From Nemertoderma westbladi (taxonomy: Eukaryota; Animalia; Xenacoelomorpha): a stretch of 64,000 nucleotides of DNA. Shown here piece after piece: positions 24,149 through 37,800 of the stretch. Position numbers and translations under genes: made by a program. The stretch is taken from assembly GCA_032718475.1 (NCBI GenBank), contig JAUCBJ010008282.1, positions 27,488 through 91,487 on the forward strand. Direction: 5' to 3'. Below the pieces are notes generated by a model. That model was not told where the DNA came from. It was given only the letters and a program-made list of their open reading frames with translations, and ran no database searches. Numbering within the stretch: the stretch's first letter is position 1; each line of letters opens with the position of its first letter.

Positions 24149-27113
24149 GAATTATTTAATTATCATCCAAACATTCGGATAAATAAGATGAAATATGCAT
24201 GTTGAATATACTGTTGGTAGCGCACAAACTAGGTAGGTTGTTAAGAGGTGGTTTACTAAATTATTAAAATAAATAAAGTTATTAAAATTATTATTATTAT
24301 TGCATATTATTATTAAAAGAATTAGAGTTCCAGGGTCATTAAAAATATTGCTTTCCGTAACGATGTGGTGTTTGGTGGGATCCCCTCGCAGATTGTATAA
24401 TGTAAGTTCGTATCCGCAGCGTGGTGACACAGTTTGCATATGCAGGTATCAGTCGGTCGCCAGCATTTTGGCGTGTCGCAGCATCGTTGGTGGCAGCCGT
24501 TAACGATCAGCTGAGCGGCCGCGCGACGCCTGAACCCGTATAGGGGCTCGATGTCTAGGCCAGTGCTGCCCGTACCGTCATTATCGATAACTTCGAGTAA
24601 GTCCATTGAAGAGGAGTACTTTGAGATACCCGCCCACATCTTCCAGTAAAACGCGCGGGTCCGTCTCACATGATCCAAGCCGTCAAGATCACCTGTCGTA
24701 AATATCTCACACCCATAAGTCACTGTAGGTCGGACAATGCCTAGCCACAACCTCTTTGATGAACGCATCGAGATCGAGGTCAACTTAACTTTACAAGCCA
24801 AGCGAGCACAACATGCTATTCCTTTATTGTATAGGTGTTGGTAATGAGCCGATGGACCATTTTGGGTTGACAAAACTACTCCGAGGTATTCGAAACTTCT
24901 TACGAATTGTATTTGTTTTCCATTAAATAGTAAAATATCATCGTTTGAAAAACGTCCTCCGTTTCTACATTTCACAGCTTTAGTCTTTGTGAGATTAACT
25001 GATAATTTATTTAACAAGCAGAACTCAGCAAGTTTGTTAAGAGAGGCCTGCACGTCGTTGATTGATTCTCCATATTACTAAATCATCTGCGTACATAAGT
25101 ACATAACATGACGCTAATGCGATTGCTGCTGGTAGATCATATACAAATATGCTAAACAGTAATGGTGACAGCTTATCCCCTTGGAGAACTCCAATGGTCT
25201 GTACTATGGGATTTATTACATATCTTCCGACACATATGCATACATAGTTTACCGCTAGTATAGACCACAGAATGGTAATGAACTTTCTGCTTACCCCGCA
25301 TATTGATAGCTTCTTCATTAAAAGCTGACGATCGACCGAATCGAAGGCTTTTGTGAAATCTACGAACACACAGTATACATGCCCACCCGAGTTGCTGAGG
25401 ACGGAGTTAATGTATTCGTATAGCCGCCGTACCGCCATAATGGTTGATCTGGATTTGCGAAAACCAAATTGCTCATCCGGCAGGATTCCTGTAGATTCGG
25501 CCCAGCAGTATAATCGTCCACAGAGAATCGACGTATACACTTTCAACATACAGCATAGGAGGGCAATCCCACGGTAATTTCCAGGCTCAGACTTAGCCCC
25601 CTTTCCTTTGAATAATGGTATAAGGTAGGCATATAGCCATGCTGCAGGACAAGTTGCTGTAGTAAAACACAGTTGGATTAGCATTAATAAATATGGGAGC
25701 GCACCCACCGATATCTGCTTGATCACATCATTTGTTATACCGTCTGGCCCCGGCGCTTTCCCTGACTTTTGTTTCCTGATTGTGTCCACAACTTCTTCAC
25801 TTTCTATTGGCTGATCTAAATAGTTATTGGGTTGTTCTGGAACTGTTGGTTGAGACAAGGATTCATTCGCTGCTAGTAATGTGGCGAAATGATCATTCCA
25901 GGATTCTGCTGATACATGTTGAGCAGTGGGTTTTTGTTGCTGCTGATGTTTAATAATATTCCAGAAATTTGATCTGTCATTTTCGCATTCCAGAATTATT
26001 TTGGTCTCCTGGTTATGTAGAAATAGTTTTTTCTTACGTTTAAGCAGTATCTTATAGCGTGATTGTAATTCCCGATATAGTAAGCGAGTTTCTTCGTTTG
26101 GATTTTCTTTCATAGACCTGAGACTGCTACATACATCATTCTTAGTGTTTCGGCATTCAACGTCAAACCACCGGTTTAATTTTCTAGGTCTTGCTGGGGT
26201 TGCAGATATCCTAATAGCGTTCGTTATGTACTCATTGAGATCGGTTACACCCTTGTTAGCTGCGTCCATACATTTATTCAGGTTAAGCTCATTTGAGAGT
26301 TTGTCTACGTCGACCTTCTTTATCGCTGTAGTGCGCGGTATCTTTGTTTTCAATCCATTACATTGAAGGTTCACTCGAACACGATGATGGTTTGTGTTAA
26401 CTGTTGGTTGCACGTTTATATCAACCATGTCTATCAGTGACGCATCAACAAAGAATAAATCAATTGCACTGCTTCCATTCCAACAATAGTAGGTCGGTAT
26501 TACAGGATCATTAATGCACTGAAGGTTTGCTCCCATAAGCCCACTACACAATACATTGCCCCTTTCACCTGAAGCGTCTATTCTACAGTTAAAATCACCA
26601 TATACAATTATTGGTTTTCCTGTCTTCTTTCGAACATCTGAGATCATAGGTATGAGTTCTAGTAAAATATCTGATACATATGTCTGTGGGGTGTAATAAC
26701 ACGCCATAAAGACATAGTCACCGCAGGCTATAGCAATGGTAGAATTGCTGGAGGTAATTTCTTTACAGTTAACATTGTATTTCGAATTCACTGAGATTGC
26801 GATTCCACCAGACGGACGGCCTGTCTCGTTTTTATCACAGGGAACATTGAATGTTACATACCCAGGAAGGTTAATCGCACTCGCAAGAGTCTCAGTCATC
26901 AAAATAACATCGGATGTCATGAAAGTTTCATCTAAAGTTGTATCAATTGTTGAATTAATTCCTTCTACATTCCATGCAACAATAAGTAGTTGACCATCTG
27001 CGTCACTTTCTGTTGTTTCATAAGGGAAAGGTAAGTGACTGAGATTTTCTAAGTTCTCTAGAGTTTGGAAGCGTAGACAGTGAGAGATTGGCTTGACATG
27101 AGATAGACTTGAC
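24149..27113 (-). mobile_element. 5'-truncated non-LTR retrotransposon (APE endonuclease + RT + C-terminal Cys/His motif), one frameshift near 25050-25070; clade uncertain
   Basis: APE motifs AWNVEG, MTET, GDFNC, IDLFF; RT motifs KAPGPDGI, YRGIALL, QFGFR, DFTKAFDSV, QGDKLSPLLF, YADD, EYLGV. 14-bp TSD ATACG(G/A)TACATTTT at 24135-24148 / 27114-27127. Confidence 0.92.
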
Positions 27114-27737
27114 ATACGATACATTTTACAGTCCAAATAACTTAAATACGGTTATTGACTTATATACGTTTTTTAACTTCCCCTTAAGAGAGTCTTAGTT
27201 ATTCCTTCTCTTTACCCGTGCTTCAATGAATTTCTTCAACATGACATTCAGAGCACTGGGCAGAAATCACCTATCAACTTTTACGCAAATCTGATAGCAG
27301 ATAGCCCTTAACTTGTATACGATACATTTTACAGTCCTACTTAACTTATATACGGTTTTTGACTTATATAAAGTTTTTTTTTATGCCTTATTGAATTATA
27401 TACGGTTTTTAATTTCCCTTAAGAGAGTCATGGATACTCCCGCTGTTTACCCGCGCTTCAATGAATTTCTTCAACGTGACATTCAGTGCACTGGGCAGAA
27501 ATCACCTATCAACTTGTATGCAAATCTGATAGCAGGTAGCCCCTAACTTGTAGACGATAAATTTTACAGTCCACTCAACTTATATACGGTTTTTGACTTA
27601 TATACGTTTTTTTACTTCTAGACGGTTTTTAACTTCCCCTTAGGAGAGTTATAGTTACTCACACTGTTTACCCGCGCTTCAATGAATTTCTTCAACGTGA
27701 CATTCGGAGCACTGGACAGAAATCACCTATCAACTTG
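27114..27737. repeat. Satellite monomers
   Basis: Three copies of the satellite core between the LINE and element C. Confidence 0.95.
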
Positions 27738-30031
27738 TGTTAAACAACCGCGTCACCTATACTAACAGCAGAAATGTTGAACAGAAAAATACGGGTATAC
27801 TTCTCTGCCAACCTAATAAGTTCCCGCCTAACCAATAAGACACAAAGACTGCTCTACTGTTAAATAAAGGCAATCAGGAGCGTGCTATTACTAAATTGTA
27901 GGGCTGCTAAATACAAAACCGCTACTTACCGTTGGATGGCGCTAATCTGCCGTCCGCTAATATATTTTACTAAATTTACATGGCTCCTGCAAAATCGCTT
28001 GTTCCTTTCTCTACCGATCGCTCGACAGAGAGCTAACTGTTCGAATCTATGAGCCACGCAGGAATAACCAAAACAATAAACCCGAGTCGACTCCCTAAGC
28101 TTACTTAAGACGAGTGTGAGAGGCTTTGCACTCAGAGTATATTCTTACGTCTAATTTTACTACTATTGAAGCACGCCATTGCCTACGTCTTTTCTAATCG
28201 CGAATACTGGGGTTTCCCTAACGGAATGTGTGAATGCGAGAATATTTAAAATAATCAAATAATGGTACGGTACAATGTCTTTCGTGGGCAGTACCACTCC
28301 GAGTCTAAATTTGCCTGCGGCTGGCTTTAGGCCAGCAATTTACTAATGCGAATTGCTTATTGAATACTGCGATCTAGCTTATTGCCCGCTAATGCAAATA
28401 ACCGCTCAGCGTGAATAGTTTACGGTACTCTAAATTATTACCTAGCTACTCTCCGCTATGCTGCGTACTAATTCTTAATTTCACTAATTAATTACAGTCA
28501 CAAATGTGTAACAGCGTACTAATTACTAAGAGTTCCAGAATGCGTAATTCTAATTTATTACACAACAGGTTTCACTAGTAACAGTCTAAAATACTGTATT
28601 ACTTTGACCTAATCAGTAATCAATTATTGTAAACTAAGAAATAGAAATCAATCAAAGAGAAAAGGGTCGCCTACCTAAGCATTCGTAATCATAGGCACAC
28701 TTCAATAACACACCAATCAGCGTCAGCAATCACAGATCACAATAGTACAACTTGCAATTATACAATCCGCAATTATATAATTTGCCATGCAATTCGCTAT
28801 TGTAAAGCACGCAGGCCTCTCCCCAGTACGTCTAAGGCTTCCTAACTAACCCAATTCCTGCCCCCCTAATACTACAAAATAGAGACAAAATCTGGATCAT
28901 CAGCCCCCTAATTGCCGCACCAGCAGATGGTCTGCCCGCTACAACGCAAATTGCCCAACCGCAACACAGGTCGCCCTCTATAACGCAAGTTGCCCGACCG
29001 CAACGGTGACCCCCCGCCAGCATTGCCAGCCTTTGAATCCTCCGCTCTCCTTTAGTCGCCCAACCCCCCGATGTGCCCACTGCCTACCGGTACCTTAGCC
29101 CTCCATCAAGATAAATAGCTACCGTAGTGGCGCATGCTAATCACAAGTCTGCCAGTCTCAGAAAATCCCGTAGGATTATTGCGTCGAAATGAATTACATA
29201 GAACCATTAACAAAAGGGGTAGAAATCATAGTTCCGGTTGTAATTAGCAGTAATCGATAGGATTGATTGAGAAACACAATTGAGAATAATAGCACTAACG
29301 AATCATTCCAAGAAATTAATCAAAAAGGGTAGAAATGCAGAAAATACGTACAAATTATACTCTAACTTAATGGTACTAAAAATGTCTGAGTGAGTGGTAA
29401 GAGCAATAAGGTCGTTGGAATTGAATTGATATGAGGTACAGCTCTACCAGCAAACCGCCAATTTATAGGTGATCCGAGAAGGGTGATGCAATCGCTCTCT
29501 CATTGGCTCTCCAATCCGCGCTAGCATTAGACCAACCTGGAAACAGTTAGTCCAATAAGAAAGCCGGATTGTAGCCCTATTGCTTCTCAAACCCTCAAAA
29601 TGTCACCATATAAGGTAATTTTGCCGATGCTTAATTTAGCGGTACTAATAACATGATGCACAAAAGTTAATTTAGCGCGATTATAAAGAAATCAAACCCG
29701 TGATAGCTAGCCCATCAAGGTTAATAACAGCAAACCCGAAATCCAGGGTCCAACTGGACTTGCTACCCTGGAACTATCTACTTATATCGTATTACAAAAT
29801 TACATAGGTATGGCTACATACTATACAAAATGGATGAGTTCAAAATATATGGGCGTTTTAATTTCCTTATCTAAATGTCACTGCGCTATTATGTCTTATC
29901 TAAAATATTATACTGCATAACGGACTAATATTGCGTACAGTATAACGGACTAATATATTATACTGCATAATGGACCAATATATTATACTGTATAATGGCT
30001 AATAATGTGTACAGCACCATATACCGTAACA
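27738..30031 (-). repeat. 3' LTR of element C (2,294 bp)
   Basis: Direct repeat of 49803-52111; by eye about 35 substitutions plus a 14-bp indel. Confidence 0.97.
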
Positions 30032-30435
30032 CCGCTCCAAGGGAAATCATACAATGTTTCCCTCCAACTGTAGAAGAGTATAGGGTGATGTATACAAACA
30101 AAATAAATTTCTTTCAAATAATCTAAAATACTTGATACTATAAATTCTACTATTTACAAATATTGCCATAGATATTGCATAATGAATTGCATACAAATTA
30201 ATGATTACTACATACAAGATCAAATATAAAAATTTTTGCTAGGGTAGGTGAAAGGAGTAAGCCAAACCCGCAGGTTTGTCTCCCCAATCACCTCCTTCGC
30301 CTCTCTCATAATATAAATTCAGATTGGTATGACTAGTGTATATGAGTCTAGTCGAATATTTCCAAATGCTACAATATACATCAGAGCGACGATGATGTAT
30401 ACATCTAGAGTCTGTCGCCCCGTGTTATAAGTGCA

Positions 30436-33400
30436 TTACTGACCCGCTCCTGGGTTCTTTGGGCTCGCTCCTCTCTTTCGCCCTCTTCCCAGATACACTA
30501 AACGTCCTTTGGTCGATTCTGTTGACGGCGTCCGTGAGGCGTCACTCCCCGGAACCGGCGACGATGTTCCCTGAGCCCCGACAGATTCCCGGCTGGTACT
30601 TCTACCTCGGCCTCGTCCCAATCGAGCTCCTGTGGTCGCTTCCGCCAATTCTTCCTTCTGCAGTTGCACTCTTGCCTTCTCCGATGCTCCCTGCGCTTTG
30701 CGCTGCAACCATTGTGCTTCTATAATAGAGTGATAGTGGTCGTCCTTGACTTGACGCTTGTCTTGGACCTCTCCTCCTGGTTCTTTCCGCGAGCCTTGAG
30801 CTCCAGCGGTCGACGTTGAGGTCGCTGCGATTCTCTGCTCCTGTATCCTCTCAGCGGTCAATGACCCCACTGGTACATGAGTCAACAAGAATTCGTTGCG
30901 GTATTGTATAGCCGCCATCCTCCAATCCCCTCGCGCGCGTACCACCTTTCTAGTTTCCGAAAACAGACCTTTTGTAATCCGGTCGCAAATAGCAACGAAG
31001 TTCCAAGTGTACTTGTTGTCCATATTCAACTGTCTGAAGTATTCTCGAACTACGATAACTCCAGTGTTTTGTGGAAGGTCTTGATCGGTCAAGATGAGCT
31101 CCTGATATTGTGGCAAAGACTGTAAATACGGCTCATACGCAACATGAGATGGGTCTACAGCCCAAAATCCGTATCCCGCCTTAAATGGTAACCAACGCAT
31201 CTGCGCTTGGATGTGGTAGTCGGCCACACCCTCCCACTTATCTAGCATAGGTTAGCGCTGTGGTTTTGGAAGGAATCATCTCGCAACTGACATCTCGCGC
31301 TGCGATGTCCCTTTACCCCACAGTATCCGCATTTAGAAATGAAGACGGTGCACGTGTGAAACGAATGGTCGGTCTCATTACACCAACGGCAGACCTTATG
31401 CGCCGCTTCTACTACCGCGTCGCACGATTTTTGATTGTGCCTTGTGCTGCCGCACAACTTACACCTACGCGCATGTGGAAACCAGGCCCTCTCGTATATG
31501 AGGTCTCCAATCGGTTTCGCACTTCCTTCTTTCCCAATGTCTAATACGATGTCGTCCTCTCCGGTCAGCGGTTGTCGATCCGGAACAAAGTAAACATCCT
31601 CGCCCTTGTCCTCTATCTCCAATATTTCCTCCCGCATTCATTTCGGATATGTCTTCTCCACCGGAAGATCTACTCCGAACACCTCTACTAACATCTCCGG
31701 CCAACCCTCCTTAACGGGTCTATCAGCCTCCGAGTGGAAGGGAGTACCAAACCCGCGGGTTTGATTCCCGAACCACTTCTCCAAGGCTTCTGGCGTCGGA
31801 TACTCCATCGACGGTCGGTCTCCCAAATCTCCGATGTTCTGTCGATATACTCCTTCGAATATCGCTAATCCTCTCCTAACCATCGACATATTCTCTAATG
31901 ATTGGTTGAAGAACGGGGTTAAGAAACGCTTCATCACGTCGGATTGGATTCCCCCTTTCGAGCGAACGTATTGATCTCCTCCGAATACCAATGGATGACG
32001 CTTCAAAACTCGCGCAACGATATCCGCTAATAAACAAGTCACCGTGTTCGACTCAAGCACCAAATAATATTGTAGCGACGCACGGGGTGGCGCGCAAATG
32101 TTCCAATACACTAACGCTTGCCGCTTGAAGTGGGATTTGAACTCCGCTCCCGGTGGCGTGTTGTATTCACCATACGCCTCCTCGTATTTCTTCTGCGTCT
32201 TTAACTTAAAGTCCCAATTATACAACAAATGTGCTATGAAGCCCATACCAGTCTTGGCAGAGTTGGGATACTCTCTATAAATTCCAATATCCTGTGCCCA
32301 TAGCAACAATAGCTTGGTGTCGACAAACGGTCTCGGCAATCTATCTTCCAAATCAGTCATGGCGTTGAAGTCACTCTCCAAATCGCTCTGGACTCCTGAT
32401 CCCACCTTGACGTAATCTTGGTTGAGAATAGCCTCTCTAACCTTCTTGGGTAGCATCCTGGCGTCGATACGCTCCGCTCCGTGCATACCTCCTCGCCTGC
32501 ATACCTCCAAAATCTGTTCCCTAGGATCCTTCCCCTTCCGATAATGTGTCGTTATGATGGGCTCCGGTCTCTCTCAATCCGCCCTCACGCGCATGAACAC
32601 ATGAGTCACACCATCGGCTGCGCGAATTTGAATGCACTTGCTAGTCAAACATTCTTGATGGGACCCTCCTTCATTGTCATAGAACATCACCCTCCAATCC
32701 TGCAGTGATTCCTCCGTTTTCCTCCACTGATGCTGAATCTCGTCTGATGGGGTCCACATGCGCTCGATAGCCTTGTGGTCATCATATCGGGTGTAAGAAC
32801 CCTTCCTCCTCAGCCACGTCTGGTCTACCTCCTCGTCGTCTGGGAATGTAGCCACCGCGACCCATACTTTGATGTACTTATCTAACCATCCAAACAATTT
32901 GCTCTCCTTCCCCGGAGCTCCAATCTTGTCCAATGTGTCATAATCCGTGATCTGCATTGGGACATCACGCAAGAACTTCGCGCATAAAACTTCCCGTAGA
33001 CAGTCAACGTTCCAATGATCCGCCATTCTTACCATCGGCAAGAATCTTATCGCTTCTCACGACTCCGGATGATCTACTAATATCGCAGGTTCGTTGCAGT
33101 CTGAATAATACACCGGTCAGGGTTGAGATACGGCCTGTGGAACAAATCCGGTCACTCTCCTAGTCTCCTCTTGATGTCTATCCGCGGTCTTATTATACTC
33201 CGCTATCCTCTTCTCGAATAACTCTTTCGCCTTTGCCGCTCGCTCCTCCTGCCGCAACGCGTCTATGTCGTCCTGATGCTCAGGAGTGAGGATTCTCGCT
33301 CGTTGAGGTGAAGTAAACGCAGTCCAGGGACTCGAGAGCTCCAAACCCACGGGTTTGGTACCCGAGTCCCGTGCCGCTTCGCGCCGCGCCTCTAGATCCT

Positions 33401-34123
33401 TATAGGCTCGGTACAGCGAAATGGCCCCTGCTGTCTCTATCAAACTGGGTGTCGAACAGGGTTTAATCTCCGTATACGGATCTAATGTCGTAATGGTCGG
33501 CGTAATGGGTCTCGGAGGTCGCTTTCCGCTGAAGTCGATACTGATCATCGGGTTGCTCATCGGGTAACCTCCCTCGTTATATCTAAGGAACTGGTGAGCT
33601 TGACATCGCGTTAATATCGGTTCTGGATGTTGCTCGTCTAGTCGGTCGGGAATCGCCACGTCTTGTTTGTTCATGTTCACTTGTAAAACAACTTGTACAC
33701 GCTGAAGATTTTCGGCGTCTCCTGATACTCGCCTCGAGTCCTCCGGTACAAATGCATTCCGTCGAACTGATCGCGGACTGCAGGTAGAGGTTCTTCGTAT
33801 CGTAAATACATATTCATGTGGTACAGCCGCGCGATCTCCTCATCCGGGTCTGCGCTGATGTCGCACACGTCTAAAGCGAAATCGTAGGGATACCGAGTGC
33901 GATACTCTTTCCGCAAAACTTCCATACGGTCCCCCAACGCTCTCATTCTTTCCCTCCGTAACTCCTTATCATACGTGGGTTTATATTTCCCATTTAGCTC
34001 CATCACCGACCTCCCGTGGTAGTAAACGTTAGAATCTTTACATCCTGGTCGCGCGAATGGTAACTCCGCCTCCTCTCTGGCAGTAAATCCTCTGCGTGGT
34101 TGCGCTCTAATATCCTTCTCCAT
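30436..34123 (-). pseudogene. ORF3 of element C (fragmented): unknown N-terminus, DEDDy-like exonuclease, three CCHC knuckles, low-complexity tail
   Basis: Abutting ORFs 34123-33677, 33680-33117, 33041-32574, 32510-31638, 31637-31242 and 31248-30436. Motifs MFYDNEG, IQIRAADGVTHVF, LPKKVREAIL..VKVGSGVQSD, FVDTK, QYYLVLE; CKLC..H..C, CRWC..H..C, CGYC..H..C. Colinear with ORF3 of element B. Confidence 0.75.
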
Positions 34124-34873
34124 TATGCGCCGCGTATATACATATATATATCCAATAAGTGCCGTTACGTAACCAATTACACTATGGGTAAATCAGTTGG
34201 ATGTTGCCGAAAAACAGACCTCTCGAACCCCCCCGCTGCCTTCCAGCAGTTCAGGTTCGACTCTCTAGATCCCGTCTCTTCCTAACTATCCTCTAACCTA
34301 TTCCCATGCATAGCGCAAAACTTTGGAGATAAACTGGCTGTGACCAACTCACTTTTTGATGCCCAAACTACCCCCTTTACTCGTACTAAACTACAGTAGT
34401 TAGAAAGACCATAGTCTCAATGCTCGACTATACCAAACCCACAGGTTTGATAATCGAACATCACACATCACTGCAACTACTGAGTGGGGTCCGTGTACGC
34501 CCTGGTGCTACTAACCTTTAACACCTTAGTTGTACTGTTGGCACCAATCTGTGGAAGTTGCTAAACTCAATTTACACTCCTACATAATATAGCCGTCACC
34601 ATGGTTTCTAAATGCTATTTTCCAGGCTTCACGACTTTCAAATTACTGTATATCTATAGACGAATTCTAAAACGCGTCTATACATAGCGTCTGGAATTGT
34701 CTTGGGTTCACTTCTAATTTTTTAAAATTTTAAATTTTCCAAAAATTTTGAAAATAAAATTTTGTTTTGATACCCACCAGACAAAACTCAACGCAAATCA
34801 CCGCAAACCCGCTCCTATGCATTTCCTTGTATTTGCATACGAGGAATGCATACGAAGTGAGTTGCGTCCAACA

Positions 34874-37800
34874 CTAATTCTGTTTTGAGGCAGGAGACAA
34901 ATTATAATCTCCCGTCTCGATGCGTGTCTCCTCTAATAACACGATATCTTGGACCGGTCGGTCCAAGGTGTGTAAACCATTAGTTTTACACTTCTTTGGG
35001 TGTGGACACTTGCACCTAATTTTCACAGTGACTGTGCGCACTATGTTTTGCACGTCTGGGTGTGTGTGCAAGATAACTCCCGTCTCCCAGTATTTTCTCT
35101 TAACAATTGGCTCGGTTATCAATACGTAATCTCCCCTTTGGAGACTCCGAACCGTTTTGTACCACTTTGTTCTGGTGGATATGGTGGGAAGATAGTATTC
35201 CCGCCAATATTCCCAGAATGTGTACGCGACTAATTGTGTCACCTTACGACTATACGACTATACGTCTTACGACTATATAGGTCGGCACTAATGGGTTCTG
35301 ATGCCGGCACAAGAAATGCTGGACTCTGCATTAGCAAATGATTCGGCGTTAATGCAACACCTTCTGGCAACATAGCTATCGGCCTCGAGTTTAGTGTATG
35401 CTCGATTTCGATGAAAGCTGTGACCAGCTCGTCGTCGGTAAGTTGTTTGTTTACAGGCAACGTCTTAGCAATGGCCTGTTTTACAGAGCGAACTAAACGC
35501 TCCCAACTTCCTCCTCTCCAAGGACTTTCTGGAGTATTAAATCTCCACTCTACTCTTTGCGGCAAAAGTGCTGCAGAAATTTCCTTATTCTGTGCCGCTT
35601 TATGAGCCGCGTTCAACTCGCTATTCCCTCCGACAAAGTTTGTACCCTTGTCAGAGTAGAACGCCTTTACTAGTCCTCTCCTGGCCATAAATCTCTTTAA
35701 GGCCAGGAGCAGAGATTTGGTGACATGTCTGCCACACGCTCAATGTGTATGGCTCTACTAGCCATGCATGTCAGTAGCAGACCCCATCGCTTGTGGGTCA
35801 GCCGTCCACTCTTTGCCTCAATCGGACCAAAACAATCCACCCCTGTGTTCGTAAAGGGTGGGTCATACGCCTGCACTCTCGCTTCCGGGAGTTCAGCCAT
35901 CTCCTATTCCAATACTCTGGCGTTCACTCTCTTGCAAACCAGACAGGCATCATACATTGTGCTGACTGCCCTGCTTGGCTGCAATAGAATGAATCGCTGT
36001 CTCGCTGCTGACAAACAGTGTAACCTTCCCGCGTGATGCAACCTCTTATGTATATCCCATAGAATCGCTCTTTGCAATTCTATTGGGTGACTAGGAATTA
36101 TCACTGGGAACCTAAACTGTGAGTTTATGTCGACAGTCTGGATTCTCGATCTATGACAAATTAAACCCTTATGGATTAATGGACTCCATTTTCTAAGGGG
36201 TTTATAGAGAACTGGTCGCTGAGCCGATAATAGATGGAATTCTTTAGGGAAGGCACACATTTGATAATGCTTCAAATGCTTTAATTCCGCTTGATCAATC
36301 TCATCCTCTGTCAGAGGTTGTTTCAATTTCCGAATTCGCTCGCTATTGGTGCTCGATGGTTCTCTCAAATGTTCCAAATGTTTTAAACAAAGGTACGAAA
36401 TATATTGGCTTAACCACGCAGTTCTTTTACAAATTGTCAGCCAAGAGGCAGATTAATTTAGTAATTTGTCATAAACACTACATGGCTCTAATGCCAGCGA
36501 CGGTTGTCCGCTAACTAATGGAAGTATCGAATCCAAACCCGCAGGTTTGGAAACCAAAGGCTCCATTTTGTCGGTCATTTTCTGTCCGTCCTTTACCAAT
36601 TGTGACTCTGGTTTAGTCTGTAAGGGTGGTTTTACGTCATAACTTACCCTTCCTGACCTAGTAGTCATGTAAGTCTGTTGGTCTGACAGGTCTCCGGGCC
36701 GCTCCAATGACTCTTCAGGCCGCTCCAATGACTCTTCAGGCCGCTCCAATGACTTAAGTTTGGCTTTAGACTTCGACTTAGAGACTTTCTCCACCTTGAC
36801 TTCTGCATCTTCAGGCATCGGATTGGTCACTATCTTTAGTCGCTCTGGCCAATGTTCCTGTGTCCTCGTTAGAAAATCAGGTCCATGCAACCAAAACTCC
36901 TGCGACTCTTCCTGACAGAATTCCGCCGGCATTGCACCTCTTGAAGTTATGTCGGCCGGGTTTAACACTCCCGGACAATGTCTCCATTGTTCCTTCGTCG
37001 AAAAGTCGACTATCTGAGCGCGTCTATTGGCCACAAATGTCTTTAGTGCAATATTGTCGGCCGCAATGTATACTAACACCAAGGATGCGTCCGTCCAATA
37101 GAATAAGGTCAATGTCGTGTCTAACTCCTCTGTTATCTGCTTACTTACCTCGACTGAAACCACAGCCGCCTGTAACTCTGCACGAGGGACAGTCATGTAT
37201 TTGACCGGCATTGTCTTTGATCTAGAAGTCACAAAGGCCGTCTCAAATTTATCCTGACTCACCTCTCGGCGAAGGTAGGCTACCATACCAAAGCCGGTGT
37301 CACTTGCGTCACTGAACAGGTGGAGTTCGAGATCAGCTGGGAATACCAGCTGATTCGGAAAGTAGGAATGGGTACATCTATATTTTTCAATAGAAGTAAC
37401 TCGGCTTCCCACTCCCTCCACTGCTTTGCATGTATAGGAGATATTGGTTCGTCCCACTCTATGTCGGACAACCAAATTTTCCTCATGCAAGCTCGTGCCT
37501 GTAATATTACCGGACTGATAAAGTTCATCGGGTCAAATAGTCTACTTAACGTCGATAAGCAAATTCTCTTAGTCAAAACTTTGTCTGGGCTACTGGGCTC
37601 AAATCTAACTCTTACCTGGAATTTATCTGTGTTCGGATTCCAAGCGAGTCCCAGTACTCGCGCCATGGGGATTGGTTCTACCCCCAATTCTATGTCTCCG
37701 CTCCCGCGATCCTTTACCGGGAACAACTCTAATAGGGCCTCCGAGTTCATAGTGAACTTGGTCAGAGGAAAACCCCCTGTAGCCAAGCACTCTTGTAGGC

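Noticed and set aside
28832-29080. 82-aa ORF present in both LTRs of element C (also 50911-51159)
   Set aside because: Non-ATG start, built on short repeats, and several amino-acid differences between LTRs; duplication is explained by the LTRs.
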